In this document: one piece after another, positions 29,205 through 38,554 of the stretch | Layout of the letters: every line of letters begins with the position of its first letter | Position numbering within the stretch: position 1 is the first letter of the stretch | Assembly (NCBI GenBank): GCA_031370785.1 | Contig: JANMQY010000114.1 | Span: 32,001 to 96,000, forward strand | DNA: 64,000 nucleotides | Origin: Candidatus Eiseniibacteriota bacterium | Lineage (GTDB): Bacteria; Eisenbacteria; RBG-16-71-46 | Direction of reading: 5' to 3' | Notes under the pieces: model-generated | Databases searched by the model: none | What the model was told of the DNA's origin: nothing | The model's input: only the letters and a program-made list of their open reading frames with translations | Program-made: the position numbers and the translations under genes

Positions 29205-30591
29205 CCGTTCTCTCCCGGGGAGCCGGATGAGGCGCGCGGTCCAGCGCGCGCTGCCGCTGAATCCACCGCCACGGGTCATTGGCCAGGATCAGGATGAACA
29301 GCGTTCCCAGCACCACCAGCCCGGCCTTCTGGAAATTGAGATAGCTCCTGGCCGACAGCCCCCTGCGACGAATGCCCTCGATCAGCGCGAGCAGGATGTG
29401 CCCGCCGTCCAGCACCGGAAGCGGAAGAAGGTTGAACGCCATGATCGCGATGTTGATGAGCGCAAGGAACTGCAGGTAGGAGTCGAGCCCGCGCTGCGCC
29501 TGCTCGCGGGCGGCCTGCGCGATGAACAGTGGACCGCCCAGGTACTCGCGGTAATAGAGCGGGCGCGTGAGCGTGAGCCACATCCCGCCGTACACGTTGG
29601 CGACCAGCGCTCCAGTGGCGTGAAACGCAACGTCGACCGATTCGATGAGTCCGTACTTCTGTATGTAGACACTGTGGTGCGGCGCCTCGATGCCGATGCG
29701 CGCGTTCGGGCCGTTCCCGCCTTCGGGATTGAAGGGCGTGACCGTGACATCGAACTCCTGCCCGTCGCGCAAGACCCGCAGCCTGACCGGGCGATCGACC
29801 TGCCCTTTGAATGCTTCGGGCAGCTCGCTCCATGCCCGGATCGGGCGCTCGTTCACCGCGAGAATGCGATCGCCTTCGCGCAGACCCGCCTTGTACGCGG
29901 GCGCTCCGATCGCTACCGCTCCGATCACCGGCGGATCCTGCGGACGGTGCATGCTCGAGAGCACCGGCTCGCGCCGCTCCGGCGTGAGCTTCACCGGGAA
30001 CCGCTGCGCGCCGCGCTCCACGACCAGGTCGAGGGGCTTGGAGCCTGGACTCTTCTCCGCAGTCATGAAGATCTGAACCCAGCTCGTGACCGGCTGGTCA
30101 TCGACCGCGACGATCCGGTCGCCGGCACGCAGTCCAGCCTGATATGCGGCGCTGGTGTCCGGAACGGCGCCCAGCACATTCGGAGCGTCTGGATACGCGA
30201 CGCCGATCATTCCAACCACCGCGAGGACGAGGAACCCGGTGATCAGATTGGCCGCAGGGCCAGCGATCGCAATGATGACCCGGCCGTACCAGGGATGCGA
30301 CAGGAACTCGTTCGGGCTCCCCGGCATGGAACCATCATCACCGGGACTGTCGCCCGCCATCTGCACGTAGCCGCCGAGCGGGATCCACGACAGGCGGTAC
30401 TCCGTGCCGCCGGCTTCGAACTTGAAGAGCGCCGGACCAATGCCCAGCGAGAAGCGCAGCACCGTTACCCCGCGCAGCTTCGCGGCAAGGAAATGCCCGA
30501 GCTCGTGGACGAAGATCACGAGCCCGAGCAGAACGATGCCGGGAACGGCGCCGGCGAGCAGCTGAAGCAGGTGTTGCAGCGCGTTTCCCAT
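29185..30591 (-). CDS. rseP: RIP metalloprotease RseP with two PDZ domains
   Basis: HELGH, IPLGGYV, AGPAAN, two PDZ domains (AGLRAGD, AGLREGD), NLLPLPVLDGGH; start corrected to ATG 30591 with an AGGAG SD. Confidence 0.96.
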   Translation of the reverse strand: MGNALQHLLQLLAGAVPGIVLLGLVIFVHELGHFLAAKLRGVTVLRFSLGIGPALFKFEAGGTEYRLSWIPLGGYVQMAGDSPGDDGSMPGSPNEFLSHPWYGRVIIAIAGPAANLITGFLVLAVVGMIGVAYPDAPNVLGAVPDTSAAYQAGLRAGDRIVAVDDQPVTSWVQIFMTAEKSPGSKPLDLVVERGAQRFPVKLTPERREPVLSSMHRPQDPPVIGAVAIGAPAYKAGLREGDRILAVNERPIRAWSELPEAFKGQVDRPVRLRVLRDGQEFDVTVTPFNPEGGNGPNARIGIEAPHHSVYIQKYGLIESVDVAFHATGALVANVYGGMWLTLTRPLYYREYLGGPLFIAQAAREQAQRGLDSYLQFLALINIAIMAFNLLPLPVLDGGHILLALIEGIRRRGLSARSYLNFQKAGLVVLGTLFILILANDPWRWIQRQRALDRAPHPAPRERTVAPSPP

Positions 30592-30626
30592 CCGTGGCAA
30601 CTCCTTGACTTGGGCCTGGTTGAGCG

Positions 30627-30656
30627 AAGCTAACCCGCCCTTCCCGAGAGCGTCAA
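30627..30656 (-). promoter_or_regulatory. Putative sigma70 promoter for rseP-tamA-tamB
   Basis: TTGACG-N18-TAGCTT, 35 nt before the ATG. Confidence 0.55.
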
Positions 30657-31909
30657 GGCGCAGCGACGCTCGGCGGTGAGGAAGGGAGGATCCCCACTCG
30701 AGGCGAATCGCGAAGCGCGAGGTTCGGGGAACAGCCAATGATCGCGAGCGCGAGGCCGAGTCCGAGGTAGCTCTGGTACATGACTTCGGCATCGCCAAAG
30801 GTGAAATCGAACATCCCGGCCACCAGCATCGCTGCGAACACCGCGATCGCACCGGTTACGAGCGCGACGTCTTCGCGGCGGGTTGCTGCGCGCCGCGCCC
30901 GCACCATCTGGCGCGCCGCGGCCACCAGCCAGAACACGAAGGCCGCCAGCCCGACGGCCCCGGTCATGACCGCGATCTGGATGAAGTTGTTGTGGAAGTG
31001 ACCGCTCTCAAACGTGGCGTCCGGATAACGATAGCGACGGTAGAGTGCGAGCAGATCCTGGCAGCCGACGCCGACCAGCGGGTGCTCACGGATGATGTCC
31101 AGCCCGGATCGCCACATCGAGAGCCGGCCCTGATTCCCGGGATCGTGCACGTCGACGATGCTGAACAGTCGCGACGCGAGGCGGGCCGGAGCGAAGCGCG
31201 CGAGCGCCGCGATACCGATCGGCAGCGTCCACCACCACTTCGGCGCAAGCGAGAGCAGGATCATCGCCGCGCCCGCGGCGGCTCCGAGCCAATGGCTGCG
31301 GGTCTGGGTGAGCACCAGCCCCGCGGTGAGCGGAACGATCGCGGCCGCGTACGCCCAGCGCCCTCGATCGCGCCGTCCGGCTGCGGCCGCGAGCGCCCAC
31401 AGCAGCACCGAAGCGAGCACGCCGCCCGAGGTCATCTGGTTCGAGAGCAGCGACTTCATCCGGTACTCGGGATCACGCGTGATGCTCGCCGCGTAGATCA
31501 GAAAGCCCACGGCCACGGTGAGCGCCGCGCCCATCAGCAACATGGGGACGATTCGCGAGCGCACTCTCGGGTCGCGGGCAGCTTCGGCGGTCAGGTAGAT
31601 GAGTCCGATCGCGTAGAGCTTACGAACGTGGATCAGCGAGTCGAGCTTTTCGTTGCTGAACGCGGTGCTCAGCAGCCAGGCTCCGATCAGCGCGAGCGAG
31701 GCCGGCTCGAGCCACGAGCGCTCGAATCGAAACTCACGGCCGCGCGCCCGACTCACCGCCAGCGCGGCGAGCCCGAGCACCAGCGCGCCTTCGGTGATCG
31801 CGATGCTGAACGGCAGCGCAAAGGCGAGCACCAGCAGCGCGAACTGGGCCACCCGCAGCGCGCCGCCGCCAGGGCCCACCTCTCCCGGCGCGAGATCAGA
31901 CCAGCGCAT
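30653..31909 (-). CDS. O-antigen ligase family (WaaL/Wzy_C) membrane protein
   Basis: Multi-TM; LTQTRSHWL, GRLSMW, HPLVGVG, HFHNNFIQ, GAVGL. Confidence 0.88.
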   Translation of the reverse strand: MRWSDLAPGEVGPGGGALRVAQFALLVLAFALPFSIAITEGALVLGLAALAVSRARGREFRFERSWLEPASLALIGAWLLSTAFSNEKLDSLIHVRKLYAIGLIYLTAEAARDPRVRSRIVPMLLMGAALTVAVGFLIYAASITRDPEYRMKSLLSNQMTSGGVLASVLLWALAAAAGRRDRGRWAYAAAIVPLTAGLVLTQTRSHWLGAAAGAAMILLSLAPKWWWTLPIGIAALARFAPARLASRLFSIVDVHDPGNQGRLSMWRSGLDIIREHPLVGVGCQDLLALYRRYRYPDATFESGHFHNNFIQIAVMTGAVGLAAFVFWLVAAARQMVRARRAATRREDVALVTGAIAVFAAMLVAGMFDFTFGDAEVMYQSYLGLGLALAIIGCSPNLALRDSPRVGILPSSPPSVAAP

Positions 31910-32999
31910 GCTTCGCCTCGCGCTCGGCGAGCACTGCCTGGTACTGCTCGAGCGTGCGCTCGACCATGGCCGAATCCCGAAACGCTTCGACCGTCTGCCG
32001 CGCGCGAGCAGCCCAGCGCCGGCGTACCTCGCCGTCGCGAAGCGCCTCGAGCAGCGCGGCTGCCAGCGCGTCGGGATCGCGCCCGGGCACCAGCCGACCG
32101 TTCACCCCGTCCTCCACCACCTCGGGGACGCCGCCCACTGCGGTCGCGACCACCGGCACCCCGCGCACCTGTGCGTCGAGCAGCGAGGTGCACAGGCCCT
32201 CGAGGTAGGAAGACAGCGCGAACACCGTGAACTGCCGCATGAACGCGCGCGCATCCGGCCGGAACCCCATCAGGTGCACGTGGCCCTCGAGCCCGAGCGC
32301 GCGGCGCTGCACCTCGAGCGCCCGCCGGCACTCCCCATCGCCCAGCCACGCGAAGTGCACCTGAGGGATCTCACGCACTACCAGCGCTGCGGCCTTCATC
32401 AGGTCCGCGTGGTTCTTGTGCGGAGCGAGCGCCGCCACTGTTCCGATGAGCGGAGCGTCGGCCGGGATCCCGAGCAGCGCGCGAAGATCCGGGCCGGACT
32501 CAGGCCCTTCCGGGAACTCGATCCCGCTCGGCACCCGGGCCAGCCGCGATTCCGGGATGCCCGCGGCGCGCAATACCGACTCCACGCCCCCGCTGATCGA
32601 GAGGTAACGATCCACCGGAAGCCGGTACTTGAGCCGGCTCACCGGATTGGTCGCCACCGCGAAGTCGACGCGGCGCGACACCACCACCCCCGGAACCCCT
32701 GCGAGCCGCGCGGCCGGCACGCCAAGCGCGTGGGCGTGAGCCGAGTGACAGTGCGCGATCGCGGGTCGGATCTCGCGCAGCGCACGCGACGCCGCGAGCA
32801 CCGCCGCCAGATCGAGATCGCCGTGCGACGTCCAGCGCACCCAGCGCAGGCCCAGGGCGGCGGCGCGCTCGGCCAGCGGCCCGGGCGGCGCGATCAGGAC
32901 CGACTCGTGACCGCGCGAGCGCAGCCCGCGCATGAGCAGCAGCACCTGCCCCTGCCCGCCCCGCCAGTTGCGGCCGGTGTCGAGCTGCGCGACGATCAC
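31896..32999 (-). CDS. Glycosyltransferase family 4
   Basis: WRGGQGQ, SRRVDF, HKNHADL, EGLCTSLLDA, PVVATAVGGVPE. Confidence 0.9.
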   Translation of the reverse strand: MIVAQLDTGRNWRGGQGQVLLLMRGLRSRGHESVLIAPPGPLAERAAALGLRWVRWTSHGDLDLAAVLAASRALREIRPAIAHCHSAHAHALGVPAARLAGVPGVVVSRRVDFAVATNPVSRLKYRLPVDRYLSISGGVESVLRAAGIPESRLARVPSGIEFPEGPESGPDLRALLGIPADAPLIGTVAALAPHKNHADLMKAAALVVREIPQVHFAWLGDGECRRALEVQRRALGLEGHVHLMGFRPDARAFMRQFTVFALSSYLEGLCTSLLDAQVRGVPVVATAVGGVPEVVEDGVNGRLVPGRDPDALAAALLEALRDGEVRRRWAARARQTVEAFRDSAMVERTLEQYQAVLAEREAKHALV

Positions 33000-34072
33000 G
33001 GCATCACCTCGCCACCGCCGCTCAGCGCCTCGCGCAGCGATTCGCCGACGTGCTGCGTGGTCGCCACCTCGAGCGCACGCTCGCGACCCCGGGCGGCCAG
33101 ACGGTCGCGACGCGCGGGATCGCGCAGCAGCGTGGCAAGTCCCGCGGCGATAGCCTCCGGCTGGTCGCGCACGACCGTCATGAGATGCACCCCGGGCTCG
33201 AACACTTCGCGCACGCCGGGCCCGTCACCCGTCAGCACCGCTCGCCCCGCGGCGAGGCCCTGGTAGACCTTGTGCGGGATCACCCGCCCCGCCTTGTCGC
33301 TTGCGCCAAAGGCGCCGAGCACCACCTGCGCGTCGCTCAGCACCCGCGGCGAGTCCGCGTAGTCCACGACCCCGGCGAAATCCACACACTCGAGGTCGAG
33401 CCGTTCGGCGAGCGCGCGCGACCGCTCGAAATCGATGCCCTTGCCGACCAGCTGCACCCGGAAATCGGGAAGCCGGCTCCCCTCGCGCTCGAGCATCGCC
33501 ACTGCCTCGAGCACCGCCGGAACTCCGTGCAGCGGCAGGAACCCGCCGACGTACACGACTCGAATCGGTGTGGTCTCGGGCGGCGGCGGGACGCCGAAGA
33601 ACGCATCCTCGGCTCCGACCAGCACGCGGCGCAATCGGTCGCGCCGTGCGCCGAGGCGCTCGAACAGCTCGCCATGCGCCCATGTGTCGCACAACACCAG
33701 GTTGGAAAGGCGCAGCGCGCGCCGATCGATCATGAGATTCCAGCGCGCCTGAGCGGAGTTGGGCGCATGAAGTCCCCAGTCGTGGACCAGCGTGTCGTGC
33801 CGCGAGATCAGCGGATCGAAGACGAGTTTCCTCTTCCCTTTCAGAAACGCGGCGAGCGGCACGTCCTTGTGGCGGAATTCCGGGACGAACAGCACGTCCG
33901 CGTCGCGCCCGGCGCGCACGAATCCCGCGATCAGCGCCGCGAAGCGGCGCACTCCGCGCCGGCCCTGCGCGCAGGCCTCCGTCACCTCGATGCCGGCCCG
34001 ACGCAGCCCGTCACGCAGGATGCGGTTGCGCGGGTATTCTGGATCGTACGCGCCGAAGAAGCACACCTTCAT
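32996..34072 (-). CDS. Glycosyltransferase family 4-like
   Basis: YPRNRIL, FLPLHGV, KAGRVIPHKVYQGLAAG; start corrected to ATG 34072 (ATGA overlap). Confidence 0.85.
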   Translation of the reverse strand: MKVCFFGAYDPEYPRNRILRDGLRRAGIEVTEACAQGRRGVRRFAALIAGFVRAGRDADVLFVPEFRHKDVPLAAFLKGKRKLVFDPLISRHDTLVHDWGLHAPNSAQARWNLMIDRRALRLSNLVLCDTWAHGELFERLGARRDRLRRVLVGAEDAFFGVPPPPETTPIRVVYVGGFLPLHGVPAVLEAVAMLEREGSRLPDFRVQLVGKGIDFERSRALAERLDLECVDFAGVVDYADSPRVLSDAQVVLGAFGASDKAGRVIPHKVYQGLAAGRAVLTGDGPGVREVFEPGVHLMTVVRDQPEAIAAGLATLLRDPARRDRLAARGRERALEVATTQHVGESLREALSGGGEVMP

Positions 34073-34848
34073 CGTCCGCGTCCCGCTGCCTTCGTAAACC
34101 GGTCGGCCCACAGCCCCGCGTACTTGAGGAAGACCTGGGTCGAGGCGAGCAGGCACACCATCAGCCCTGCCCCACCGTCGAGCACACCGAGCTGCAGCAC
34201 GTACATGCGCAGGAATCGCAGCGGCGGCCGCGCCACCACATCGAGCAGTGAGGCGCGCCGCCCCGCGCGCCGGGCGCTCTCGGCGCCCGCCTCGGCGTAG
34301 CGGAACAGCTTGTCGCGGCACTCCGCCCAGGTCGCGTAGCTGTGGTGCTCGAGCGTTCCGCCCAGCCGGCCCCCCGATCCCTCGACCGTGACCCGCTCGT
34401 GCACCCGGGCGTCATCGAAGCGTGCGCGATCGCGCCGGAAAAGCCGGACCACGCGCTCGCCCTGCCAGCCGCAGAAGCGGATGCGGACCCCAAGAAAGTA
34501 GGTGACCCGCGCGAGATCGAACCATGTCGCCTCCTGACCCGACGTCACGCGCGCGGCGATCTCGCGGCCAACGGCCGAGTCCAGCCGCTCGTCGCTGTCG
34601 ATCCACAGCACCCACGGCTGAGTGCAGTGCGCGAGCGCGAAGGCGCGCTGCGGGCCGAATCCGTCGAGCGCGCGCTCGAGGACCAGCGCCCCGTGACGCG
34701 CGGCGATCTCGCGGGTCTCATCACGGGTCGCGGCGTCGACCACGACCACGATCTCGCGCGCGAAGGCGAGCGTCGGAAGCAGCGCGTCGAGACGCGCCGC
34801 CTCGTCACGCGCCAGCAGCAGAACGGAGATGGGAAGCGCTTCGCCCAT
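34069..34848 (-). CDS. Glycosyltransferase family 2 (KdtX/WaaE-like LPS core beta-1,4-glucosyltransferase)
   Basis: GFGPQR, WVLWIDSDE, RLFRR, VHE, LEHHSY, GVLDG; start corrected to ATG 34848. Confidence 0.88.
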   Translation of the reverse strand: MGEALPISVLLLARDEAARLDALLPTLAFAREIVVVVDAATRDETREIAARHGALVLERALDGFGPQRAFALAHCTQPWVLWIDSDERLDSAVGREIAARVTSGQEATWFDLARVTYFLGVRIRFCGWQGERVVRLFRRDRARFDDARVHERVTVEGSGGRLGGTLEHHSYATWAECRDKLFRYAEAGAESARRAGRRASLLDVVARPPLRFLRMYVLQLGVLDGGAGLMVCLLASTQVFLKYAGLWADRFTKAAGRGR

Positions 34849-35872
34849 GACGCTCCAGGTGGGTGAGTATGCGCGCCGCGGCATCCGGCGCGGTGAGCTG
34901 CGGCATGCAGTTCCAATGCGGGCACACGGTGCGGTCGCATCCGCGGCACGGGAGCGATGTCCACCAGTGCGCGTGCTGCTCTCCCGGTGGAGTCCATGTC
35001 TCGGGATGAGTGGGTCCGAACCACGCGAAGGTCGGCACGCCGCTCGCTCCCGCAAGATGGATCGGCCCCGAATCCGTACCCACCACCGCGCCGAGTCGCC
35101 GGATCACGGAGGCCAGCTCGGGCACACCGCACGGCGGCAGCACCGGGATCGCACCGGCGTGACGGCGCACGGTCCCGACCACCGCCTCCTCCCCAGGTCC
35201 CGACAGCACCAGCACTTCCCATCCGCTCGCCACGAGTGCACGCGCGAGACGTCCGGCGTTGACCGCCGGCCATGTCTTGGTGGCCCACGTGCCGGCCGCG
35301 ATCAGTCCCACCGTGCGCGCGGGGTCGCGCACGCCGGCGCTCGCGAGCAGCCCCGGGGCCGCGGCCTCGCCCGCCGGCGAAATCGCGATCCGCGCGTCGA
35401 GACCGTCCGCGACCCCGCCCACCGCGAGCGCGAGTCGCAGGTGAGTCGCGGCCGCGTATTCACGGTGCCGTGCGCCCCGCCCATCGACCAGCGCGAGCGT
35501 GCGCGGCACACGCACCTGATAGGCACGGCCTCGGCCGCGCAATTCGTAGCCCGCCGTTCGGCGCGCGCCGCTCAGCGCGGCGATCAACGCCGTGCGCGGG
35601 TTGCCGAAGAAATCCACGGCCAGATCGAACCGGCGCGCGCGCAGCGCGGCGATGAGCCGCGCGGTCGCCGCGGTCGTGCGCTCGAGCGTCCACACCCGCT
35701 CGACCCCGGGCAAACCCTCGACCAGTGGCGCGTAGCGCGCCTCGGTCAGCACCTCGAGCGTCGCCTCGGGATGGCCGCGCCTGAGCGCGCGCAGCGCCGG
35801 AGTCACCAGCACGACGTCGCCGAGCGCGCGCGGGCGGATCGCCAGGATGCGCCGGCTGAGGGGTGGGCTCAT
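34805..35872 (-). CDS. Glycosyltransferase family 9 (heptosyltransferase)
   Basis: RALGDVVL, TKTWP, GTDSGPIHLA, FGPT, C-terminal CRGC...C...C. Confidence 0.9.
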   Translation of the reverse strand: MSPPLSRRILAIRPRALGDVVLVTPALRALRRGHPEATLEVLTEARYAPLVEGLPGVERVWTLERTTAATARLIAALRARRFDLAVDFFGNPRTALIAALSGARRTAGYELRGRGRAYQVRVPRTLALVDGRGARHREYAAATHLRLALAVGGVADGLDARIAISPAGEAAAPGLLASAGVRDPARTVGLIAAGTWATKTWPAVNAGRLARALVASGWEVLVLSGPGEEAVVGTVRRHAGAIPVLPPCGVPELASVIRRLGAVVGTDSGPIHLAGASGVPTFAWFGPTHPETWTPPGEQHAHWWTSLPCRGCDRTVCPHWNCMPQLTAPDAAARILTHLERHGRSASHLRSAAGA

Positions 35873-36372
35873 CTGTCGGTCGATGAGTCGGCGCTGCGCG
35901 CGCGTACGCGCTCGACCAGCTCGCGACTCGCGTGCTGCTTCGGGTCGCCGGTGATCGCGGTGACCCCGCCGAGCGCGGCCACCGTGGCCCGCTCGGGCAC
36001 GGTGTCGGTCCGATAGTCGGTGCCCTTGGCGTGCACCGCCGGGCGCAGCTCGCCGAGCAATCCGTCCACGGTCGGTTCGTCGAACAGCACCACCAGATCC
36101 ACGGCGCGAAGCGCCGCGATCAGCGTCGCGCGGTCGCGCTCGCCCATCACTGGCCGCCCGGGCCCCTTCAAGGCCGCGGCCGAAGCGTCGCCGTTCACGC
36201 CGACCACCAGCCGGTCGCCGAGACCGCGCGCCTCGGACAGATAGCGCGCGTGCCCGACGTGCAGCAGATCGAAGACTCCGTTACAGAACACCACCCGATC
36301 GCCGCGCGCGCGCCATGCGCTGACCTGGGCCCGCGCGCGTCCGCGATCCACGATCCGCTCGGCCGCGCGCAT
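35869..36372 (-). CDS. rfaE2: D-glycero-beta-D-manno-heptose 1-phosphate adenylyltransferase (HldE domain II)
   Basis: NGVFDLLHVGHARYL, LVVGVNGDAS, LKGPGRP, KGTDY; start corrected to ATG 36372. Confidence 0.92.
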   Translation of the reverse strand: MRAAERIVDRGRARAQVSAWRARGDRVVFCNGVFDLLHVGHARYLSEARGLGDRLVVGVNGDASAAALKGPGRPVMGERDRATLIAALRAVDLVVLFDEPTVDGLLGELRPAVHAKGTDYRTDTVPERATVAALGGVTAITGDPKQHASRELVERVRARSADSSTDR

Positions 36373-37403
36373 CACGACTTCCGCCGGCGACGTGTCCGGC
36401 GAACGCGCAGCGCGCGACCGAGATCGGCCGCCGAGACCGCGACCGCACCGCGCCGGCTCACCGCGACGCTGCCGGCGACGTTGGCGAGCGCCGCGGCCTC
36501 GAGCGCCGGCGCTCCGGCGGCCAGCGCCAGGGTCGCGGTCGCGATCACCGCGTCCCCGGCACCGGTCACATCCACCGCCTCGGCGCCACCCCACGCGACC
36601 AGACTGATCGCGCGCGTGTTCCACAGGGTCAGCCCGTCGCGCCCGCGGGTGATGATCAGGTGCTTCGCGCGCACCCGGCGGCGCAGCGCCGCCGCCACGC
36701 GCCCCAGGTCGCCCTCTCCCCGGATCTCGATCCCGGAGGCCGCGATCGCCTCGGATTCATTGGGAGTCGCCAGCGTCACCGCGCGGTATTCCGCGAGCCG
36801 ATAGCGCGCATCGAGGCCCACGGTCAGATCGCGGAGCCGCCGGGTCGCGGCGCGGGCCAGCGCCGGGGTCACCGTGTCGTATCCATAGTCCGAGAGCACG
36901 AGAGCGCGCGCGCCCAGAAGCGCGCGCCGGGCCGCTGCCGCCAGACGCACGCGTGCCGCCCGGTCCGGCGCGAATCGAACGCCGCGATCGACGCGCACCA
37001 CCTGCTGGCGCGCGGTGTGCGCGCTCCCCGCGACCACCCGGGTCTTGACCACGGTCGCCGCGCCCGAGTGCTCGAGCAGGCCGGAGGTCTCGACCCCGGC
37101 GCGCTCGAGCAGCGCACGCAGCTCGGCTCCGTACGCATCGGGCCCCACCCATCCGACCGCCGCCACCTCGGCGCCGAGCGCCGCAAGGTTGAGTGCGGCG
37201 TTGGCTGCGCCGCCGCACTGGACGCTGCGTTCTTCATAGTCCAGCACCAGCACCGGCGCCTCGCGCGAGACGCGGCTGGAACGGCAGCGCCAGTACTCAT
37301 CGAGCACGAAGTCGCCCCACACCACGGCGCGCAGCCCCTCGAAGCGCGCAGGCCAGCGCGCCAGTCGCTCGCGCGCCGGAGACTCCTGGGCGCGCGCGAT
37401 CAA
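36372..37403 (-). CDS. rfaE1: Heptose-7-phosphate kinase (HldE domain I, PfkB family)
   Basis: GDFVLDEY, RVSREAPV, GGAANAA, KTR, SDYG, TPNESE, DVTGAGD; TTG start overlapping the dxr stop. Confidence 0.9.
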   Translation of the reverse strand: MIARAQESPARERLARWPARFEGLRAVVWGDFVLDEYWRCRSSRVSREAPVLVLDYEERSVQCGGAANAALNLAALGAEVAAVGWVGPDAYGAELRALLERAGVETSGLLEHSGAATVVKTRVVAGSAHTARQQVVRVDRGVRFAPDRAARVRLAAAARRALLGARALVLSDYGYDTVTPALARAATRRLRDLTVGLDARYRLAEYRAVTLATPNESEAIAASGIEIRGEGDLGRVAAALRRRVRAKHLIITRGRDGLTLWNTRAISLVAWGGAEAVDVTGAGDAVIATATLALAAGAPALEAAALANVAGSVAVSRRGAVAVSAADLGRALRVRRTRRRRKS

Positions 37404-38554
37404 GCGCGCACCGCCTGGCCGCGCGCGACTTCGCGCGCCCAGCGATCCACCGCGCGCAGCTGCTCGAGCGACTCGACCGGCTCCGGCCGGTGCTGCTCGA
37501 GCACGCGCGCGATCACTTCCGGGACCTGGCCGAGCGCGATCGCGCCATCGAGGAATGCCTGAACCGCGACCTCGTCGGCGGCGTTGAGCGCGCATGGCGC
37601 CGTGCCTCCGAGGCGGCCCGCGGCCACTGCCAGGTCGAAGGCCGGAAAGCGCCCCGCGGCGAGCGGCGCGAACTCGAGGCCCGCCAGCTCGACGGCTTCG
37701 AGCGCCGGGACCGCCTCGTTCCAGCGCTCGGGCCACGACAGCGCGAGCTGGATCGGCAGGCGCATGTCGGGCCGGGCGGCCTGGACTACGGTCGAGCCAT
37801 CGCGGAACGTCACCATCGCGTGCACCAGTGCCTGACGGTGGAGGACCGCTTCCAGCTGCTCCCAGCGGAGATCGAACAGCCACAGCGCCTCGATCAGTTC
37901 GAGCCCCTTGTTGAACAGCAGCGCGGAATCCACCGTGATGCGCTCTCCCATCGTCCACACCGGATGGCGCAGCACCTGCTCGCGCGTGGCGTGCCGCCAG
38001 TCGGGGTCGTCGCGCAGCGCTCCGCCCGAGGCGGTGAGCGTCATTCGCGCGACCTCGGTGGCCGGACGGCCGCCCAGGCACTGGAGCGCCGCGCTGTGCT
38101 CGCTGTCGACCGGCAGCACTTCGCCGCCGCGCGCGAGCAGCGGACGCACCAGCGCTCCGCCCACCACCAGCGTCTCCTTGTTGGCGAGCGCAAGGCGCAG
38201 GCCGCGCTCCAGGGTCGCGAGCGAGGGCTCGAGGCCTGCCGCGCCCACGATGCCGTTCACGATCACATCCGCTTCGCACTCGCGCGCGAGGCGCGCCGCC
38301 GACCCCTCGCCGACGTGGAGCGCAGCGCCCGGGGCCGCTTCGCCCAGCCGCGCGCGCGCCGCCGCGGGATCGGAGGCGTGCTCGAGCGCGAGCATGCGCG
38401 GGCGGAAGCGGCGCGCCTGCGCACACAGCGCATCGAGCGCGCTGCCCGCCGCCAGCGCCATCACCGTGACGCGATCGGGTTCGCGCTCCGCCACCTCGAG
38501 CGTCTGCCTGCCGATCGATCCGGTCGAGCCGAGCACTGCGACGCGCCGCGCCAT
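37400..38554 (-). CDS. dxr: 1-deoxy-D-xylulose 5-phosphate reductoisomerase
   Basis: LGSTGSIG, LANKETLV, PVDSEH, TASGG, NKGLELIEA, PDMRLPI, NAADEVAV. Confidence 0.95.
   Translation of the reverse strand: MARRVAVLGSTGSIGRQTLEVAEREPDRVTVMALAAGSALDALCAQARRFRPRMLALEHASDPAAARARLGEAAPGAALHVGEGSAARLARECEADVIVNGIVGAAGLEPSLATLERGLRLALANKETLVVGGALVRPLLARGGEVLPVDSEHSAALQCLGGRPATEVARMTLTASGGALRDDPDWRHATREQVLRHPVWTMGERITVDSALLFNKGLELIEALWLFDLRWEQLEAVLHRQALVHAMVTFRDGSTVVQAARPDMRLPIQLALSWPERWNEAVPALEAVELAGLEFAPLAAGRFPAFDLAVAAGRLGGTAPCALNAADEVAVQAFLDGAIALGQVPEVIARVLEQHRPEPVESLEQLRAVDRWAREVARGQAVRA

Noticed and set aside
19975..29297. Very long plus-strand ORFs (19975..23259, 23039..27331, 27264..29297; likewise 16270..19818, 12467..15322, 45362..47806)
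   Set aside because: They are antisense shadows of well-supported minus-strand genes in high-GC DNA, with Arg/Ala/Gly-rich translations and no motifs.
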